A DNA stretch of 64,000 nt from Eledone cirrhosa (GCA_964016885.1 OZ024741.1:138446001-138510000), one strand, 5' to 3'; shown: positions 36,951 to 52,451, counted from the first letter of the stretch. Notes: generated by a model from the letters alone, not told the origin. Numbers and translations: made by a program.

Positions 36951-37687
36951 TATTACTCACTATAGCATTTTCCTAATATTCTTGGCCATACACACTACAT
37001 TTTTAATATATACTAATATTACCACTAGTAAATTTTGTAAACATATATTCTTTTTGAGGTTATATATTTTTCTTCCTTAAATTTTCTTCTTTTTTCTCTC
37101 CTTCCGTGCTCGTATTAAACCTATTATTTACTTTTTCATATTACAATAAATAGAAACAAACTTAGACCCTAACTAATTCCTCTAAGTTCATAATTCATAT
37201 AATCTCTTCTTCATTCAACTTATCTCCTTAATATTTTTATTTTAATAATACATATTAATAAATTCCTTTTCGCACATATTATTAAACCCTTCAATATATA
37301 AACCTTAAATAAATACTATTCTTAATTCCTTTTTCTTTAATCATAAACATCACCATTCATAAACCTCATTAACTTTTAATTTCAAAATTTGTTTAAATTA
37401 TGTATTATCTTACAACGGTTTTTTTTATTTCTCTCTGTGAGACAGTGTTTCTCAGTATTAAAGGCTATCTTTCTCTCTCGCTCACTCATTTCTCCTCCTC
37501 TCTCATCCTTCCTTCTTATACTCCTCCCCCGTCATCCTTTATTTTTCTTTCTTCCTCCTCCTTACCTTTTCCTTCCCCCTTCCTCTTTTTTTCCCAATCT
37601 CATATATCCATCTCATTTTATCTTTCATATGTAGATTTAACACTTCACTGCTCGCAAGTGTTTTTTAAGCTTCATATCATGTCTCCC

Positions 37688-37758
37688 TATTTTATCTGAT
37701 GAGAACGCAAATATCATCCCATGATGATATTTGTTTTTGAAATGCGCATAATAAAATA
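37688..37758 (+). ncRNA. Hammerhead ribozyme motif
   Basis: tattttat-CTGATGA-gaacgcaaatatcatc ccat gatgatatttgttttt-GAAA-tgcgca-TA-ataaaata. Confidence 0.87.
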
Positions 37759-37805
37759 CATGGAACTCTTTTAACCATCTTTTGATCCTATATATATATA
37801 TTGAT

Positions 37806-37847
<42 letters not shown>

Positions 37848-37862
37848 TATATATAGAGAGAG

Positions 37863-37934
37863 ATATATCAGAGAGGGTGTGGTAACATACCAGTTGGACC
37901 ATACTGGTATGTTACCACACCCTCTCTGATATAT
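37863..37934. repeat. Perfect 32-bp-arm hairpin
   Basis: atatatcagagagggtgtggtaacataccagt / tggaccat / actggtatgttaccacaccctctctgatatat. Confidence 0.95.
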
Positions 37935-37940
37935 ATATAG

Positions 37941-37991
<51 letters not shown>

Positions 37992-38064
37992 ATCAAAAGA
38001 TGGTTAAAAGAGTTCCATGTACTTTATTATGCGCATTTCAAAAACAAATATCATCATGGAAATG

Positions 38065-38167
<103 letters not shown>

Positions 38168-40456
38168 CATATATATGTATATAGTATATATGTATATATC
38201 TATGTAATGGTTCTGAATATATGCCGAATACAAGGAGAACTACGATCATAAAGTATAAATATATTGTAGTTTCTGTGTTTAAGCCACAATTGTCTGAATT
38301 CATTGATAGTCATTAACATTTTCAGAGAGATTGAAGGGAAATATCTACTATATTTTTGTTTTATTGAAGCCATAAGATGCTGCGAGACAGCAGCGATGCT
38401 ACTACATATACAATAAGAACTTTCTCTACACATGCATAATCTAGAAAGGTTGAGACCATTTAAAATAAGATAGAAAACTGCGGTTGTTTGTGCTGTTATT
38501 GTTATTCATCTGGAGGTCATTTAGATCTTGCAGACTTGTAAGGAAGTGGACCCCTCCCATAACCGTCGTCGTTTTTAGCATTACATAAATGACTTTCCTT
38601 ATTGAAGATATTAAATGAGAAATGTTATGTAACATTATTTGCTACATATTTTAGGTCAACTTATCATGTGCATACTCATTTATTGTCTCAACAGCAATAG
38701 ACTGCTGTTGCAGTAATGTCGCTCCACGTCGGTCCCGATCGAATAAAGTGGTGATTTATTATATTTATGATTATACTAGCATTTACAAATTATAGTTAAT
38801 CAAAGAGAACATTTTGTTATACATACATACATAAACAAACACATACATCCATATATATATATATATATATATGGGGTGGGGATATGGGTGATTATATGTC
38901 TTACATTTCCATGATAATAGGATATAATTTGATGGAGATTTGGCAGATAATTATAGCAAGTTTAGGCACCACATATTCAATCGTTTCGTCAACTATAAAT
39001 ATCTCATGTTCTATACCAATTTATATAATAAAAGATCTAACATTTAAACCATTATATTTTTTAAAGTATTTTCATTGCATTTCATAAGAGATGCAGTTCG
39101 AGTGTTGTTTATGTTGGCGAAATGCACATAGAAGCTTCATTGGTAAGTAAAAGTATTAGTAATACGTTGATGTCATGTTAGAACACTCCAAATAGTTAAC
39201 TTTTAAACGATTTGGTCTACTACTATAAATCTTCACCGGAAAAACATGATGCTCAAGTGTCCATTCTTTATAATTTTGATATCGACATGTCTGGATTATA
39301 AACTTATATCAAATTCAGATGGTTTGGACATGGTTGCAATTTAGAGTACTTCGCTTAACAGCTATCATCTTAGTATTATACAAACATTGGAAATAAAGAC
39401 CAATTAATTACAGTAAAGTAAATCTGTAATACGTGTTTTATAATACATATTTCATTTAAACAATGAAAATAGCTGATTTATTGTCAAAATCTGAAATATC
39501 GCTATCATGGAAACTGATGAAAAATTTCATTTCAGAAGTTATAAAATTCCTATTAATTAATTCTATTAAGAAGGTTCAAATAGTTTTAAGGAATTTTTCT
39601 TTCGTTGCTATTAGGTTTTCAAACACCTGACGCCCTTTAAACAATTTTTAAAATCATTCATATCAATTCTGGCATCATATTGGCAGCGTTGTTAGAAAGT
39701 TGCATAGAATCATTTGTCGATTGTTTCAGCTCTTTGTGTTATGGATTCAAAACCCGCCCATGTCAGCAATGCTTTTTATTCTTTCTAGTGTGACATAATA
39801 ACAGTCAACTACTACTGGTGTTGACGTTTACTCTATGTCTTTTAAACGCTTCTCTCCCTCTTTCTCTCACTCTCCTGCTCACCCTCTCTTTCTCTCCCTC
39901 CCACCCCCTCTTTCTTATACGAAGACTGAAATAAGTTGTATTCAGCCCCGGAGAGTGAGGTCTCCGTCAGGTTTGATTACACAAGACATAGCTAATATAT
40001 GAATGAGTTCATCATAATTCAGTAGCTGAGATACTGATTTCATTCAGAAAACACGCCTAATGGTTAGAGAATACTTTACTGAGAAGGGTTAATATAACCA
40101 AACATGCCTGGATGTGCAAACGTACTACCAAACATGACACTCTCTCCCCATCTCATTCTAACTACAATTAATTATAATTAACGAAATTTTGGCGATGTCA
40201 TGCTTGACTTATTTCGGACAGATTTAATAATTTTGATACTACACATCCTCCTCATTAATGATCTAATTTTAATTAATTATAATTGTCGACATGTTTACAC
40301 GAAATATGGTAGCACAATCTATACTATTATCAGTAAATGGTTGTCAATATAACAACTATTAATTTTACTGAATTTGTATAACATCTTAACATTGTTTTTG
40401 TATTCAGTTTAATTCTTTTGTAATTCGGGAATCAATAAACATGTTTCATTTCATTT

Positions 40457-40458
40457 AT

Positions 40459-40526
<68 letters not shown>

Positions 40527-40530
40527 TTTG

Positions 40531-40610
<80 letters not shown>

Positions 40611-40669
40611 TTTTTCTTTCTTTTTTTTCTTCCTTTCTTTTTTCTTTCTTTCTTTCTTTCTTTTTCTTC

Positions 40670-40700
<31 letters not shown>

Positions 40701-40701
40701 T
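40457..40701. repeat. (TTTC)n microsatellite
   Basis: Seen directly; one example of dozens of (TA)n, (CA)n, (CT)n and (TATG)n tracts. Confidence 0.95.
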
Positions 40702-41159
40702 TATTTAACTCCACGTGGTGGCAGCAACGCCTCTGTAGACAGGAAGAAATTCATTATGTGTCAATTTTGGAGTAGCGTCGGTTATGACGATGAGTGTTGA
40801 GATTCTCGTAAAATGAGTAAGTGGCTCCACCATCCACAATCACGCCGAATATTCACGTATATCACACGGAGCTTCAGTGTGACACAGTATGCTAACAGAT
40901 TGAATCAGCTGGTTGGACTCAATGCGACGTAAAGTATATATAATTTCGCCGCGTATATTTCGTCCATTCGTTTTACTATTGAGATGCTGGACATTTACGA
41001 ACAAAACAAAACCAAGCAAAAATAACTTCATTTAAAATTGTTTGTAAAAAATGTATGGAGGTTTTATGTAATGAAACACTACTGGAGAATATATTGTCCA
41101 AGGATCTGTATATATATATTTATATGCATGTATGCATGTATGTATATATATATATATAT

Positions 41160-41729
41160 ATCCCAGTACAACCTGTCTCATGGTTGGATCGTTGGCGACT
41201 AAACTGGCAACCCCACCAAGGTTTGTTGGTGAGGAGGGTGACTTTGGACATCCTGCACGACTAAAAACAAAACCTGTCAAAGGGCAAAGGAGCTCTTAAG
41301 AGTCAATGGCCATCTGAAATCACCGGGAGAGATGACCCCTTAGCCTTTGTCAAGGCAGAATTCTAGGAGAAGGAAAACTGATATAACACCTGCAACTCTG
41401 ATGTTATCCAATGATGTTGACTTGTTCTTCTTTTTGGTAAATATCATCTTGGTTAAGAGAGTGAGACTGGCTTTGTGCAGTGCCTTTGCTCACTATAAAA
41501 GCTTCACGGCACAGGCATTGCTTTATATCTGGAGATCTCTCTACACTTGTCGTCACATGGTACCATGGGCCAAGCACTATGCGTCAATAATTGTCACAAG
41601 TGTAGTGTTTGTACCAGAGTTTTCAAGTCGCTGGCTGGACTAAAAAGTCACACTCGTACAGCGCATCGGTAGGGGTTCTCCTACATGGATATAAAGTAGT
41701 GGCCGTACTCGAAAATGAGTTGCCAGCCA

Positions 41730-41731
<2 letters not shown>
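41160..41731. repeat. Unclassified dispersed repeat
   Basis: 41160-41320 matches the reverse complement of ~52655-52800; bounded by (TA)n. Confidence 0.5.
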
Positions 41732-41790
<59 letters not shown>

Positions 41791-41987
41791 TAGATAAATA
41801 GATAGATAGCACCAAGTGAGCACACAGACGGCTACGCTCCGGCCGTTTCGACAGCTAGATCCGAACTAACCCAGACGCTTGGGATAGGTAGGGTCTAGCT
41901 TTCGAGAACTCTGTGCGTTCGGGTCCACCTGGTTTCTTACCACACATTCTTTGTTATATATATATATATGTATATATATATACATAA

Positions 41988-42460
41988 AATCTGAGCTTTT
42001 CGAATATTAAAAATAACATTCGATTCGTTTGCAATTATGCAAACAAACCTCAATTTTATAGCCATGTCAGTAGAATGAACACTTCATCCTTGCTCTTATC
42101 TTGGCATGCGAACAGAAATGCAGACACTAATGTTTCTGGGCATCACCCTTCATCAGTGTAGCTCACTGTTCACCTGCCAAACTCTCAGAGCTAGTGAAAA
42201 TATATGCTATTTTCAAAAGTACACAGTGACAGATCGGCCTGATTTGCATATTAGCAGACTGACTGATCAATCAGATCTGCATATTAGCAGATTCACTGAT
42301 CAGCCAGATTTGCATATCAGCAGACTGGCCAGTCAGTTTCCTGTATACGAGCGATAAATGGCCGGCTTTGCCTAATTCATATAAAAAAGAAAATTTCGCC
42401 CTACATGGCTGAATACAATAAACATTATCTGAGATTTTCGAATATTAATAATAACATTTC
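41988..42460. repeat. ~440-bp unit with terminal direct repeat, same family as 3940-4410
   Basis: ttttcgaatatta.aataacatt at ~41997 and ~42435; three 30-bp gat(t/c)tgcatattagcaga subrepeats. Confidence 0.7.
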
Positions 42461-42494
42461 GAATATTAATAATACATTTTCTTTTATATATATA

Positions 42495-43059
42495 CTAGCA
42501 GTGGTACCCGGCGTTGCACGGGATAAGGTATTTTGGAACGCGGGTCGCCAACAGACCTAATCGTGGAAAAACTGCATGCCTGGATATTATGTAAAGAAAA
42601 TAAACCGAATACTCTGATGGTTGGATAATCTCAGATTTTCCACGATGAAGCATGAAACATGCAGGTTTTCACCTAGGGGATAAAGAAAATGATTTTTTTT
42701 TATGTTCATAATATTCCTTGAAATTTCGGGAAAAGTCGGCTAGACGTAACGCCTCAAAAAAGCCCTAAACAGGTGAAAAAAAATGTTTTTTCACCTAATG
42801 CGGGCCCTAGGCCATAAAAAAGTTGGATTTTCATTGCTCACGGTATGGAGAAGAGACTGACTAATACATAGTTACAATTTGAACGAAATCGGTTTGACGT
42901 AACGCCTCAAAAAAACCCTAAAAAGCTGAAAACATGCAGTTTTTCACCTAATGCGGGCCCTAGGGGATTAAAAAAGTCGAATTTGTTTATGTGCATAACA
43001 CTCCCTGACATAAGTAATACACATGTAAAGTTTGAAAAAAATCGTTGGGTACTTCTCTG

Positions 43060-43129
<70 letters not shown>

Positions 43130-43178
43130 ATACATACATACATACATCCTTCCTCAGTTTTATATATATACATATAGA
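42495..43178 (-). mobile_element. Non-autonomous Helitron
   Basis: cccgtgcaacgccggg hairpin plus CTAG 3' end; TC/TATATATAAAA 5' end; internal ~154-bp duplication; related 5' pieces at ~35620-35916 and ~43390-43650. Confidence 0.8.
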
Positions 43179-43636
43179 ATAAAATAACAGATTAAAGTGT
43201 AAGCAAAGTATCGCTGCTTTCACCCTTAACGGGGTCTTCTGAAAGTAAAAACATCAATCTGTGAACACAGAAGTACAGAAGTAAATATTTTGAAAAACGT
43301 TGCAACCGAAGGAAAAGAGGAAGACGATTGTTTGGTTAGTGAAGACGTTCCATGGCAATGAATGGATAATAGCGAACATAATACAGCATCAATGTTCGTC
43401 AGAATGTCGTAATGCAGACATCAGGCATACATACAGATATTATAAGAGCGGCACGGAGATGGATAACGGGCCCCTAACACCCCTTTAACAACAGAAAATT
43501 GAAAAATAAAAGTTGCAGTTAATATCTTTAGACCGCAAGTAATATATAAATGCAAGTTTGACGTCAGTCGGAGTAGAAATGTGGATTTGTATAGACTTTG
43601 CAAAAATGAGGACACACACACACACAGACAATAACA

Positions 43637-43735
<99 letters not shown>

Positions 43736-43895
43736 GTATGCGGAGAGAGAGAGAGAGTGTGTGCGTGTGTGTGTGTGTGTGAGGGAGAGATAGTTGTAGA
43801 GCAATTTTTCAGCTCAGTAAGACGCTACCTGTTCCGAGTCTCGAAATTTCTATTCAATCGAACGTCTTCCTCAGAAACCATATATATATATATAC

Positions 43896-43936
<41 letters not shown>

Positions 43937-43948
43937 TGTGTGTATGTA

Positions 43949-43987
<39 letters not shown>

Positions 43988-46482
43988 GCTAGTTTATATA
44001 AAACGGTTTCTGAGGTCGATTGAACATGAGTTTCCGGATTAGAAACAGGTAGACATGATCTTAGAAATATCACGCAAGAAAAGCAGACACAATGTCTCAT
44101 ATATTATGATTAGTTCATACTGATTTCGAATTCCTCCTTTAAACGTAAATTTCATGCCACTGTTTAGTCTAATTTTACGCAAAGAGGATATATATTTTAA
44201 TTCTCAATGTAACTGATACATTTATTTATATATATCACACCAGTCTTAACTGAATATATGTTTCAAACCTTTCTTTGTTTATTGTCCAATCTCTAATAGA
44301 TTCCCTTAAAGGTATTCCGTATTAACATGTGATCTATCCGGACGCAACACACTCATAGATTTAAAGAAACCATATTGATATCCATTGCGTAATTGAACAT
44401 TCTTATGTCGTTGACTCGAGAAAATTTATGAAATATTGCATGTTTGTTCAGTGAGTTGCACATTGAAATGCTGATATGAAATCCACCAGCAGTCAAATTT
44501 GAGCACAAAATAACGCTCGCCAGAGATTTGAGATATTAATAATAAATCTATTGACTGCACTGCCGACACAAATGTCAAGTTGAGATAATTACTTAGCTCT
44601 AACCATATTCAACAAATTCTGAGTTAAGAAACTTAAACTGCCCTATTGAAAATATTAACTACTGATCCCAACCTATCAAGTTTTCTTTGCTATTTTAGAT
44701 ACACAGTGGTACCTCACTGAAGCTATCTGAATGCGTTCGACACTGACAAATTAATTAGTAAAAATGGATATTATATATTTGCTTTTATAAAACATTCTCT
44801 ATGAATTTAGATTAAAACAATATTTCAGATTGCTCCAGACCTGCCAAACCTGAGTCCTACTTTTGATTCAAAGGGTCTGAAGTGTCTCATACTGTCTCCC
44901 GCTATAATACCTTGGAAATTACGTTAAAAGTGCACGTGTCTATAGAATGATTATTGTCGGAATTAACTGTGAATCATAAGTCGAAATACTTGTAGAAATG
45001 GAACACTTCCATCGAATTATATTTGCATTAACGCACTTAAGTTCCATGTCCGGTCAAAGATATATTAATGATATGACTAAATATCTCATCATTATAAGTA
45101 ATCCCACGAAGAAGAATGTAATTGAATACGCATAAAATGGTGCTAATTAACCATGTAATTATAACTAATTAATTATTATGATTAATGAATAGGTGTAATT
45201 TCATCAGATAGGAGATACATTTACATAAATTGTATATTGTGAAGAAAGATAAATACAAATATATGTTAATAGACTCTATTTAACATCAACACCAGTAAAT
45301 CAAATGGCCTGGTTCAGTTATATATTGGAATATTTAAGTTTTCTTTAATCAATAACTGTATGGATAATATATCAATGTTAAACACTAATCATGGCTCTGT
45401 GTAATAAATTCCTTTGTTTATATTAGGATAATATTTCATTCCCAAAGTATACAAAGTTTAAATATTTAGCGTATTGGATTATTGTAAAATATTTCAGTTC
45501 ATAATGTGCAGTCCATTATAATTAAATCGAAGCTCGTGTATTGTATATATATATATATAATATTCTACAAAGTTTATCCAGGTTTTGATAGAAATCGATC
45601 TTGCTAACCCGCAGTGTACTTGAACTCGACATATGGCAAAAACTAAACGGATATGCTGTAGCAACTTGTTAAAATGATAAATCAGAATTGAATTTCATAA
45701 ATTCTATTAAATGTATCTCTCTAGAATATATCGTTTACCAGAAGCTACTTGATGTTTAAGAACTTTGGGGTGTAATAGCTCATAGATCTTTCGCTCATAA
45801 CAATAAGCCAGTTTGATGTTATTTCCCCCAACCTTTATTAATAATGATACAGAGTGAGCAAGTCTACATGGAAGAAACAATTTAAAATAATTTATATAAT
45901 TGAGTATGGAATGTTCATATCTTTATCTTTAAGAGTCGGCCAAGATTGCATTATGTGATAAATATATTGCTGGTGATAGAGAATAAAGATATAATTGGAT
46001 TTTGTCTAATACAAGATTCGGAAGCGTTGCAGATGAATGTAACTTTAGAGCACTCTAAAGAATTCCATTATCTACTTTAATACATCTGGCGAAAGTCGAG
46101 CATTCAGAATATTCAAATTAGCTTTAGGTTTGTTCATAGTATAAAAGGTATAACTCACTGAGTAATCAGAAATATAAAATGACAGATATGAGTATTTGTA
46201 TTTCTGATTTTGTTACGCATCAAATTAAGATTCACTGTACTTGCTCTTGATCATCCCTGGTTCATAATAGTCAAGTAATATACAAGTAAGTATATCAACT
46301 GAACTACTATGGATGTTTAATCTACTGTATAAAGTATATTATAAAGTATATACTATTCATACATAGCCCATATCGATATAGCCAATATTTTAAGCGGGTT
46401 CTTGCTGCATAAAAACAGATCTCACGCACACAAATATACACACACATACACACACAAATGCACATGTATTCATACACAGACA

Positions 46483-46556
<74 letters not shown>

Positions 46557-46969
46557 CGCTATAATCAATCTGGGTCAAAAGTTTTGTAAAAGAATGTATA
46601 AAATGCTCTATGTGCACAGGTAGGGAATGTTTCATTAAATTTAGATGAAATTATTTCAAATCATTCAATCAGACAAATGTTATATTTAGTTCTACCCCAA
46701 CCATAATGTTTTCAGAATTGATATCTTCAGAGAATATCTTATATTATCACTTTTTAAACACCAGATTAATTTAGCTAAGGAAGTATATTTTAAAAAATTC
46801 TTCATTCTGAAAAAATAGTAAATGCGAATAAAATGGGTCTAAAAACTATTTCCAGTTACTCCAATGTAACTGAAAGTGTTTCTAACATAGTTGTCCATAG
46901 GTGGAAAAGAGTCAAGGATACTACAATTGGAATTATGTATTAGAACGTTAGTATTATCTATACAAAATA

Positions 46970-48150
46970 TCCTGCGAGCTTTCTCAGCACCATTAACCGG
47001 TCGCACTCTTTCTTCTTCAAATGTTCCGACTCGAGCCGTAGTGACAAATCCCTTCGTCACACGTTTTGGTCCAACACCACCCTGAGGTCCTGGACGCAGT
47101 CCAGTCCGGTGTCTTCGATCAGATGTATCAGCATTTTCCTCTCCTTACAACTCCATCAAATGGGTTCCAAAGGATCAAATTGGATGCTTCCAGGTCAGGG
47201 TGTCGCACACAATCACCAGATGTGCAGAACAGGCTTTGCCTAATATTTTCGCTGATTTTTGGCAGGTCTCCATAAAAGGCATTTATGCTTCATATTTTTC
47301 TACCATTTCTCATTGACAGCCATTCTTAGCATCCTTGTGTAGCAGGTGTTTATACTGCTGGCTAACTTCTCAGTCAGTACCCAAGTTTCACTGACGTACA
47401 AGATTACGGATTCAACAGTTGCGAGGATAAGTTTGATTTAGATGCCTCTAGGCAAATTGAAGTGCCAGACTTTCTTTAGCTTGTGACAGGATGTCCGTGC
47501 TTGTGCCATCCTCACCATGATATCTACTTCAGGACTGTTCAATCAACTACCCAGGTATTGAAGTATTTACAACGCTGAATTTAGTATCACTCAATGGGAA
47601 CAGTTCGGTGTTACTCGATCGGTTGAAGGCATATAGGCTGGTCTCTTGACAATTGTAATCAGTACAAGTTCAGCAGATGGCGTATGGACACATCTTAGCA
47701 GATTCTGTGCTTGATAGAATTCATCCCACAGCAATGCTATATTATCAGTAATGATGGTACTGCTGGTAGGCTTTGGGATCTCTAATGCTCAATATTGAAA
47801 CCAAGGCTTTTTTGGCGTATTGTCTATAGCCTGTCACATTGCATAATCCAAGAAAATGACAATCATGCAGTCTAACACCCCTTCCCCAACTGCGTCATGT
47901 GTATTTTGATGAGCGGCTTTGGCGGTTTGCAATTCAAATGGCACTTTTCCAACTGAGTGTATTCTATCTTTACTTCGTGAATTATTTTGTGATGAACTAC
48001 CGTCAAAATGTTCATGTTGACGTTATTAAACGATTTTGGGAGCTCCTGTCGCTTGATTCTGCCGTACGGTGTGTACGTTTATAGTACCGATGTTTAAATG
48101 TCGTTTGGCTTTCGCCAATTGAACATGTTTAACATGTTGATCTCTGACAT
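46970..48150 (-). mobile_element. Old, internally deleted RTE-like LINE remnant
   Basis: HLNIGTINVHT (APE start), YLGS, ATVES..L..S.TW, GDLPKISENIRQ..L...G.CVRH in broken frames. Confidence 0.6.
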
Positions 48151-48720
48151 TGACCACATCTCTTTTATCAGGGGTTGAAGAAGCAGCATCATAAATCCTG
48201 TGTCGACAACAGGTTGTAGATAAAGGATTGAACCTTAGTACATTTTGATAATACTTCATACTGGTCTTTCAATAGCTAAAACTGACAGGGCTCGCATACT
48301 GGTCCTGCAGATTGTACTCTCCCAGTAACAGAGACAAGTACACCGTGTAAAGCAAAAATTGCGTGGATCTAACGAATCAGTTTTTTAAGATTGCACCCAT
48401 CGCATAACAAGCTCCCATTATTCAAGGCTTTCATTTTGTATCATTGGGGTTTGCTTTTCTAGGTGTTTGTTCTGGAAATGTTTATCTAATTCGCAGCTAA
48501 CAGTCATATCTGAAGGCCTTTCCATTAACCGTCATGCATAAAATATACAACATATATATATACATACATAGAATTAAAATACTAGAGTGTGTTGGAGTTA
48601 AACACACTCTTCATATTATAGAAATGACAGTATAAGATATAGCTCAATATAATTAAACAGAGCCGAAGAATTATAAAAAATAATCCAAAGAAACCTTCAA
48701 TACATCAAAAGTCTTTATTA

Positions 48721-48758
48721 GCCAACAATGTTTCGTCCTATTAAGGACTCATCAGGGC
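48721..48758 (-). ncRNA. Minimal hammerhead ribozyme motif
   Basis: gcc-CTGATGA-gtcct taat aggac-GAAA-cattg-TT-ggc. Confidence 0.85.
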
Positions 48759-50355
48759 AAGTAAAGCTACAAGAAGCACTATCGGCCAATACAAGCCAAC
48801 AACTCAGAAGAATATGGAGTATACATCTATTAAAGCCTAGGAAGGATATCAAGGAAAAGTAGGCTAAGATTAAGAGTGAGCAGTTACAAACATAGATATA
48901 GACCAAATAGCAAGGAAGTGATTAACATGTTGAACCCACATTGTAAATATTATACAATGCAAAAACTTGAAACACAAATTGTAATATAATGCGAGAATTA
49001 CAGTACGATATAGAATATAATATAATATAATAGATGGTGATAATAAAAAGCTTAAAATATGTATATATATATATCTATCTATACGTATATACATTAGTAC
49101 AAACACAAACTAACACTTATTAAGTATTTAAATATATATATATATATATATATTGTTTACAGTATAATATAATAAAGATAAAAATAAGAATAAAGATAAA
49201 AATAAAAATAAAATATAATATATAATTCCCTGTCAGTGTGCATAAACAATATAAGAACATTATAATAACAATATTATAATATATTGGCATCAAAAGATAT
49301 ACAAAATGACAACATATATATAATTCAAGGTTAACAAATAGTATAAAGTTTTACACAGGGTATGAAAAAAATCATATAGAACTAAATAGTGTTGAACAAA
49401 TTGTGTTGAAAAAATATCTATACCATTGTAACAAATACACGGAGGTCAAGACGTTTTACATTGTCATAAATATTACCAAAATATCATAAGATATTACAAA
49501 ATATAACAGAACAGTACTTCGAATAACATATATTAAAATCTATAATACGATTACATAAAAATGATATGATATAACAACATTAATGTCAAATATCAAACAG
49601 AGTCTAAGGAAATGCTTAATAAATATTTACGTGGTTGCGATACACAGACATATATTAATGAACAGCCTGTGGTAGTAAAAAAAAAAATAAAATAAAATAA
49701 ACCGAAGAAAAACAAAAACAAGTATATTTACTTAGGTGTCACAAGCGGTTAAGTAAAACAAGAGATAGAAATGTAAGCGGCGAATTGACTAGAAAACCTT
49801 TTAAAATTAATTAATATTAAAAGTATTTAAAATACATATTTAGTCACTTCAAAATTGGTTATAGTTTAAGTCATCAAAAACGTATAAGTTTGAGATATTT
49901 CAATAAAAATATCAAGAATAGAGTAAAATATGCTCCGTTCAGTCGAATAACGTTATCAAATAAAAGGACTCTAAATAGAACTATGGTAGACCAATGGGAA
50001 CAGAAAGAAGAGAGGTTATGGAGGATAGGAAGGAGCATAAAAGTAAAATCAATATATTATATAATATCATAAAAGGAGCATAAAGGTGAAATTTATATAT
50101 AGTATAATAGAAGGGGCGGATATTAAGTGTGTAGAGGAGGAGGTACATTAGTTGAATGAGACTCCAACCAAAATATTTACTAAGATATAAACCCATAAGG
50201 TGTTAGTAGTGAAACTATAATAATGCTTAAGACGATAGATAGGGTATGGTAGCCAAAAGACTATGGAAACTAAAATCGAAAAGTTGTAAAAAAACTAATA
50301 ATAATAAAGATGATGGTAATCAAAATGAACCTAAACAAAAAAGATAATATAGCAG

Positions 50356-51450
50356 CTAATGGATACGATTTAAACTACCAGGACTTTTAGGCCTATAATA
50401 GAAGAAAGAATTAGAAATGGCATGGGGGCAGGAAGAAAATATCTCAGACTTTCTAATAAGCAAAACTTCCCTAGAGAAAATTATAGAGTGGGTCTCTAGG
50501 ATACAGAGATTACAGAATTTAGTGTGTGTTGATAGGTTATTAGAGCGTGCTACTATACGCCAATTAAGGCTATATGGCATGCCTGCCCCTTTAAGATCCC
50601 AGATATGGTGTGCTAAAGAAGTAAAGTTCTTAAACTTAACATGCGTAAAATTAGAGATATGAGAATTAAACCTAGTTTTAAAAGTATTAGATGTGGAGCC
50701 TATATATGTGCTATTAGAAGAATCAGTCTTAACTTCCCAAGCATAAACACTGTTCCTAGAGAGGCAGTGACCATTTAAAGGGCAATTAATACTTACTCTA
50801 CAGTTACACCACCTGGTGCTATTTACCGGCTGAATAAGTGATGCATCACTTCTAGGGTTATTATAAGATAATGTCTGCTCAGGTGGTAAGGCATTAATGG
50901 ATATATCAAGACTAGTAGTACGCAAAGAGGAGTAGCTGTCCCTAATTTTCTTATTGTTAGTGCTAGCTAAATGAGAACTAATATTAGGGGTGGTAGAGAA
51001 TGATAGTTTAATTACATTTTTATTAAAAATACCATGGTATTTATTAGTAGGAGGGAAATGTTTCTCTAAGATAGAAAAGAAAGACCTAGGGATGTTAGTT
51101 AATACTTCATGATCATAAGCCGGGTTAAAATAAGTATTGAGTCTCCTCCTATTTCTATCCTTACGAACTCTACCGTTATCCAGTATCCCACTAATAGGAT
51201 CAGGGTTACTACGAGGACTAGTTGAAACAACATTATTAGAAGCAGCCAAAACCCCATTGAGTCTCCTTCTGTTTCTACCTTTAGTATATCTACTGTTATG
51301 TGGAATCATATCAATAGGATTAGGGTTACTACCAGGATCAGTTGAAACAACACTATTAGAATTAGTAAAAGCATTAACCACAAGGTGAGCGATCAGAGTG
51401 CCTAACTTGTTCCCTAGAACTAATCCCGAAAAGTGTACAATTAGACTCAC
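50356..51450 (-). pseudogene. PLE linker plus GIY-YIG endonuclease (open frame of a truncated copy)
   Basis: YFNPAY, KHFP, LSFSTTPN, CNCRVSINCPLNGHCL, YIGSTSNTFKTRFNSH, CNLCILE, SCPH. Confidence 0.9.
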
Positions 51451-52414
51451 TATTACGATTACGGTAGCTTAACCTATGGATGGGTTCGGATACACCTATG
51501 GGATTTCTACGATTCTTATGCTTTCTATTCCCATTCATGGCCATATTATGGTAAATTACGTTATTATTATTATGGGTAAACGGAGACTTTCTAAGGTTGT
51601 TCTCATTATAACGTATTTTACCAGAGTAACCAGAGTTAGCTAGGGCATTATTATAGTACTCTGCATATCTTGTGATATTTTGGTAATATTTATGCCAATG
51701 TAAAACGTCTTGACCTCCGTGTATTTGTTACAATGGTATAGATATTTTTTTCAACACAATTTTGTCAACACTATTTAGTTCTATATGATTTTTTTCATAC
51801 CCTGTGTAAAACTTTATACTATTTGTTAACCTTGAATTATATATATGTTGTAATTTTGTATATCTTTTGATGCCAATATATTATAATATTGTTATTATAA
51901 TGTTATTATAATGTTCTTATATTGTTTATGCACACTGACAGGGAATTATATATTATATTTTATTTTTATTTTTATCTTTATTCTTATTTTTATATTTATT
52001 ATATTATACTGTAAACAATATATATATATATATATATTTAAATACTTAATAAGTGTTAGTTTCTGTTTGTACCAATGTATATATGTATAGATAGATATAT
52101 ATATATATATACATATTTTAAGCTTTTTATTATCACCATCTATTATATTATATTATATTCTATATCGTAGTGTAATTCTCGCATTATATTACCATTTGTG
52201 TTTCAAGTTTTTGCATTATATAATATTTACAATGTGGGTTCAACATGTTAATCACTTCCGTGCTATTTGGTCTATATCTATGTTTGTAACTGCTCACTCT
52301 TAATCTTAGCCTACTTTTCCTTGATATCCTTCCTAGGCTTTAATATATGTATACTCCATATTCTTCTGAGTTGTTGGCTTGTATTGGCCGATAGTGCTTC
52401 TTGTAGCTTTACTT

Positions 52415-52451
52415 GCCCTGATGAGTCTTAATAGGACGAAACATTGTTGGC
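52415..52451 (+). ncRNA. Hammerhead motif in the inverted pseudo-LTR (1-nt helix II deletion)
   Basis: gcc-CTGATGA-gtct taat aggac-GAAA-cattg-TT-ggc. Confidence 0.8.

Larger units (their letters stand above)
36297..37790 (+). mobile_element. 5'-truncated PLE (GIY-YIG fragment plus 3' UTR/pseudo-LTR)
   Basis: QCLDKNLVHEC..TYFGSTSTSFKARFYNH..TALSELIWSLK; hammerhead near 3' end; (TA)n on both sides. Confidence 0.85.

Noticed and set aside
44100-46400. Repeat-poor segment that might hold host exons
   Set aside because: No ORF or splice pattern supportable without transcript data
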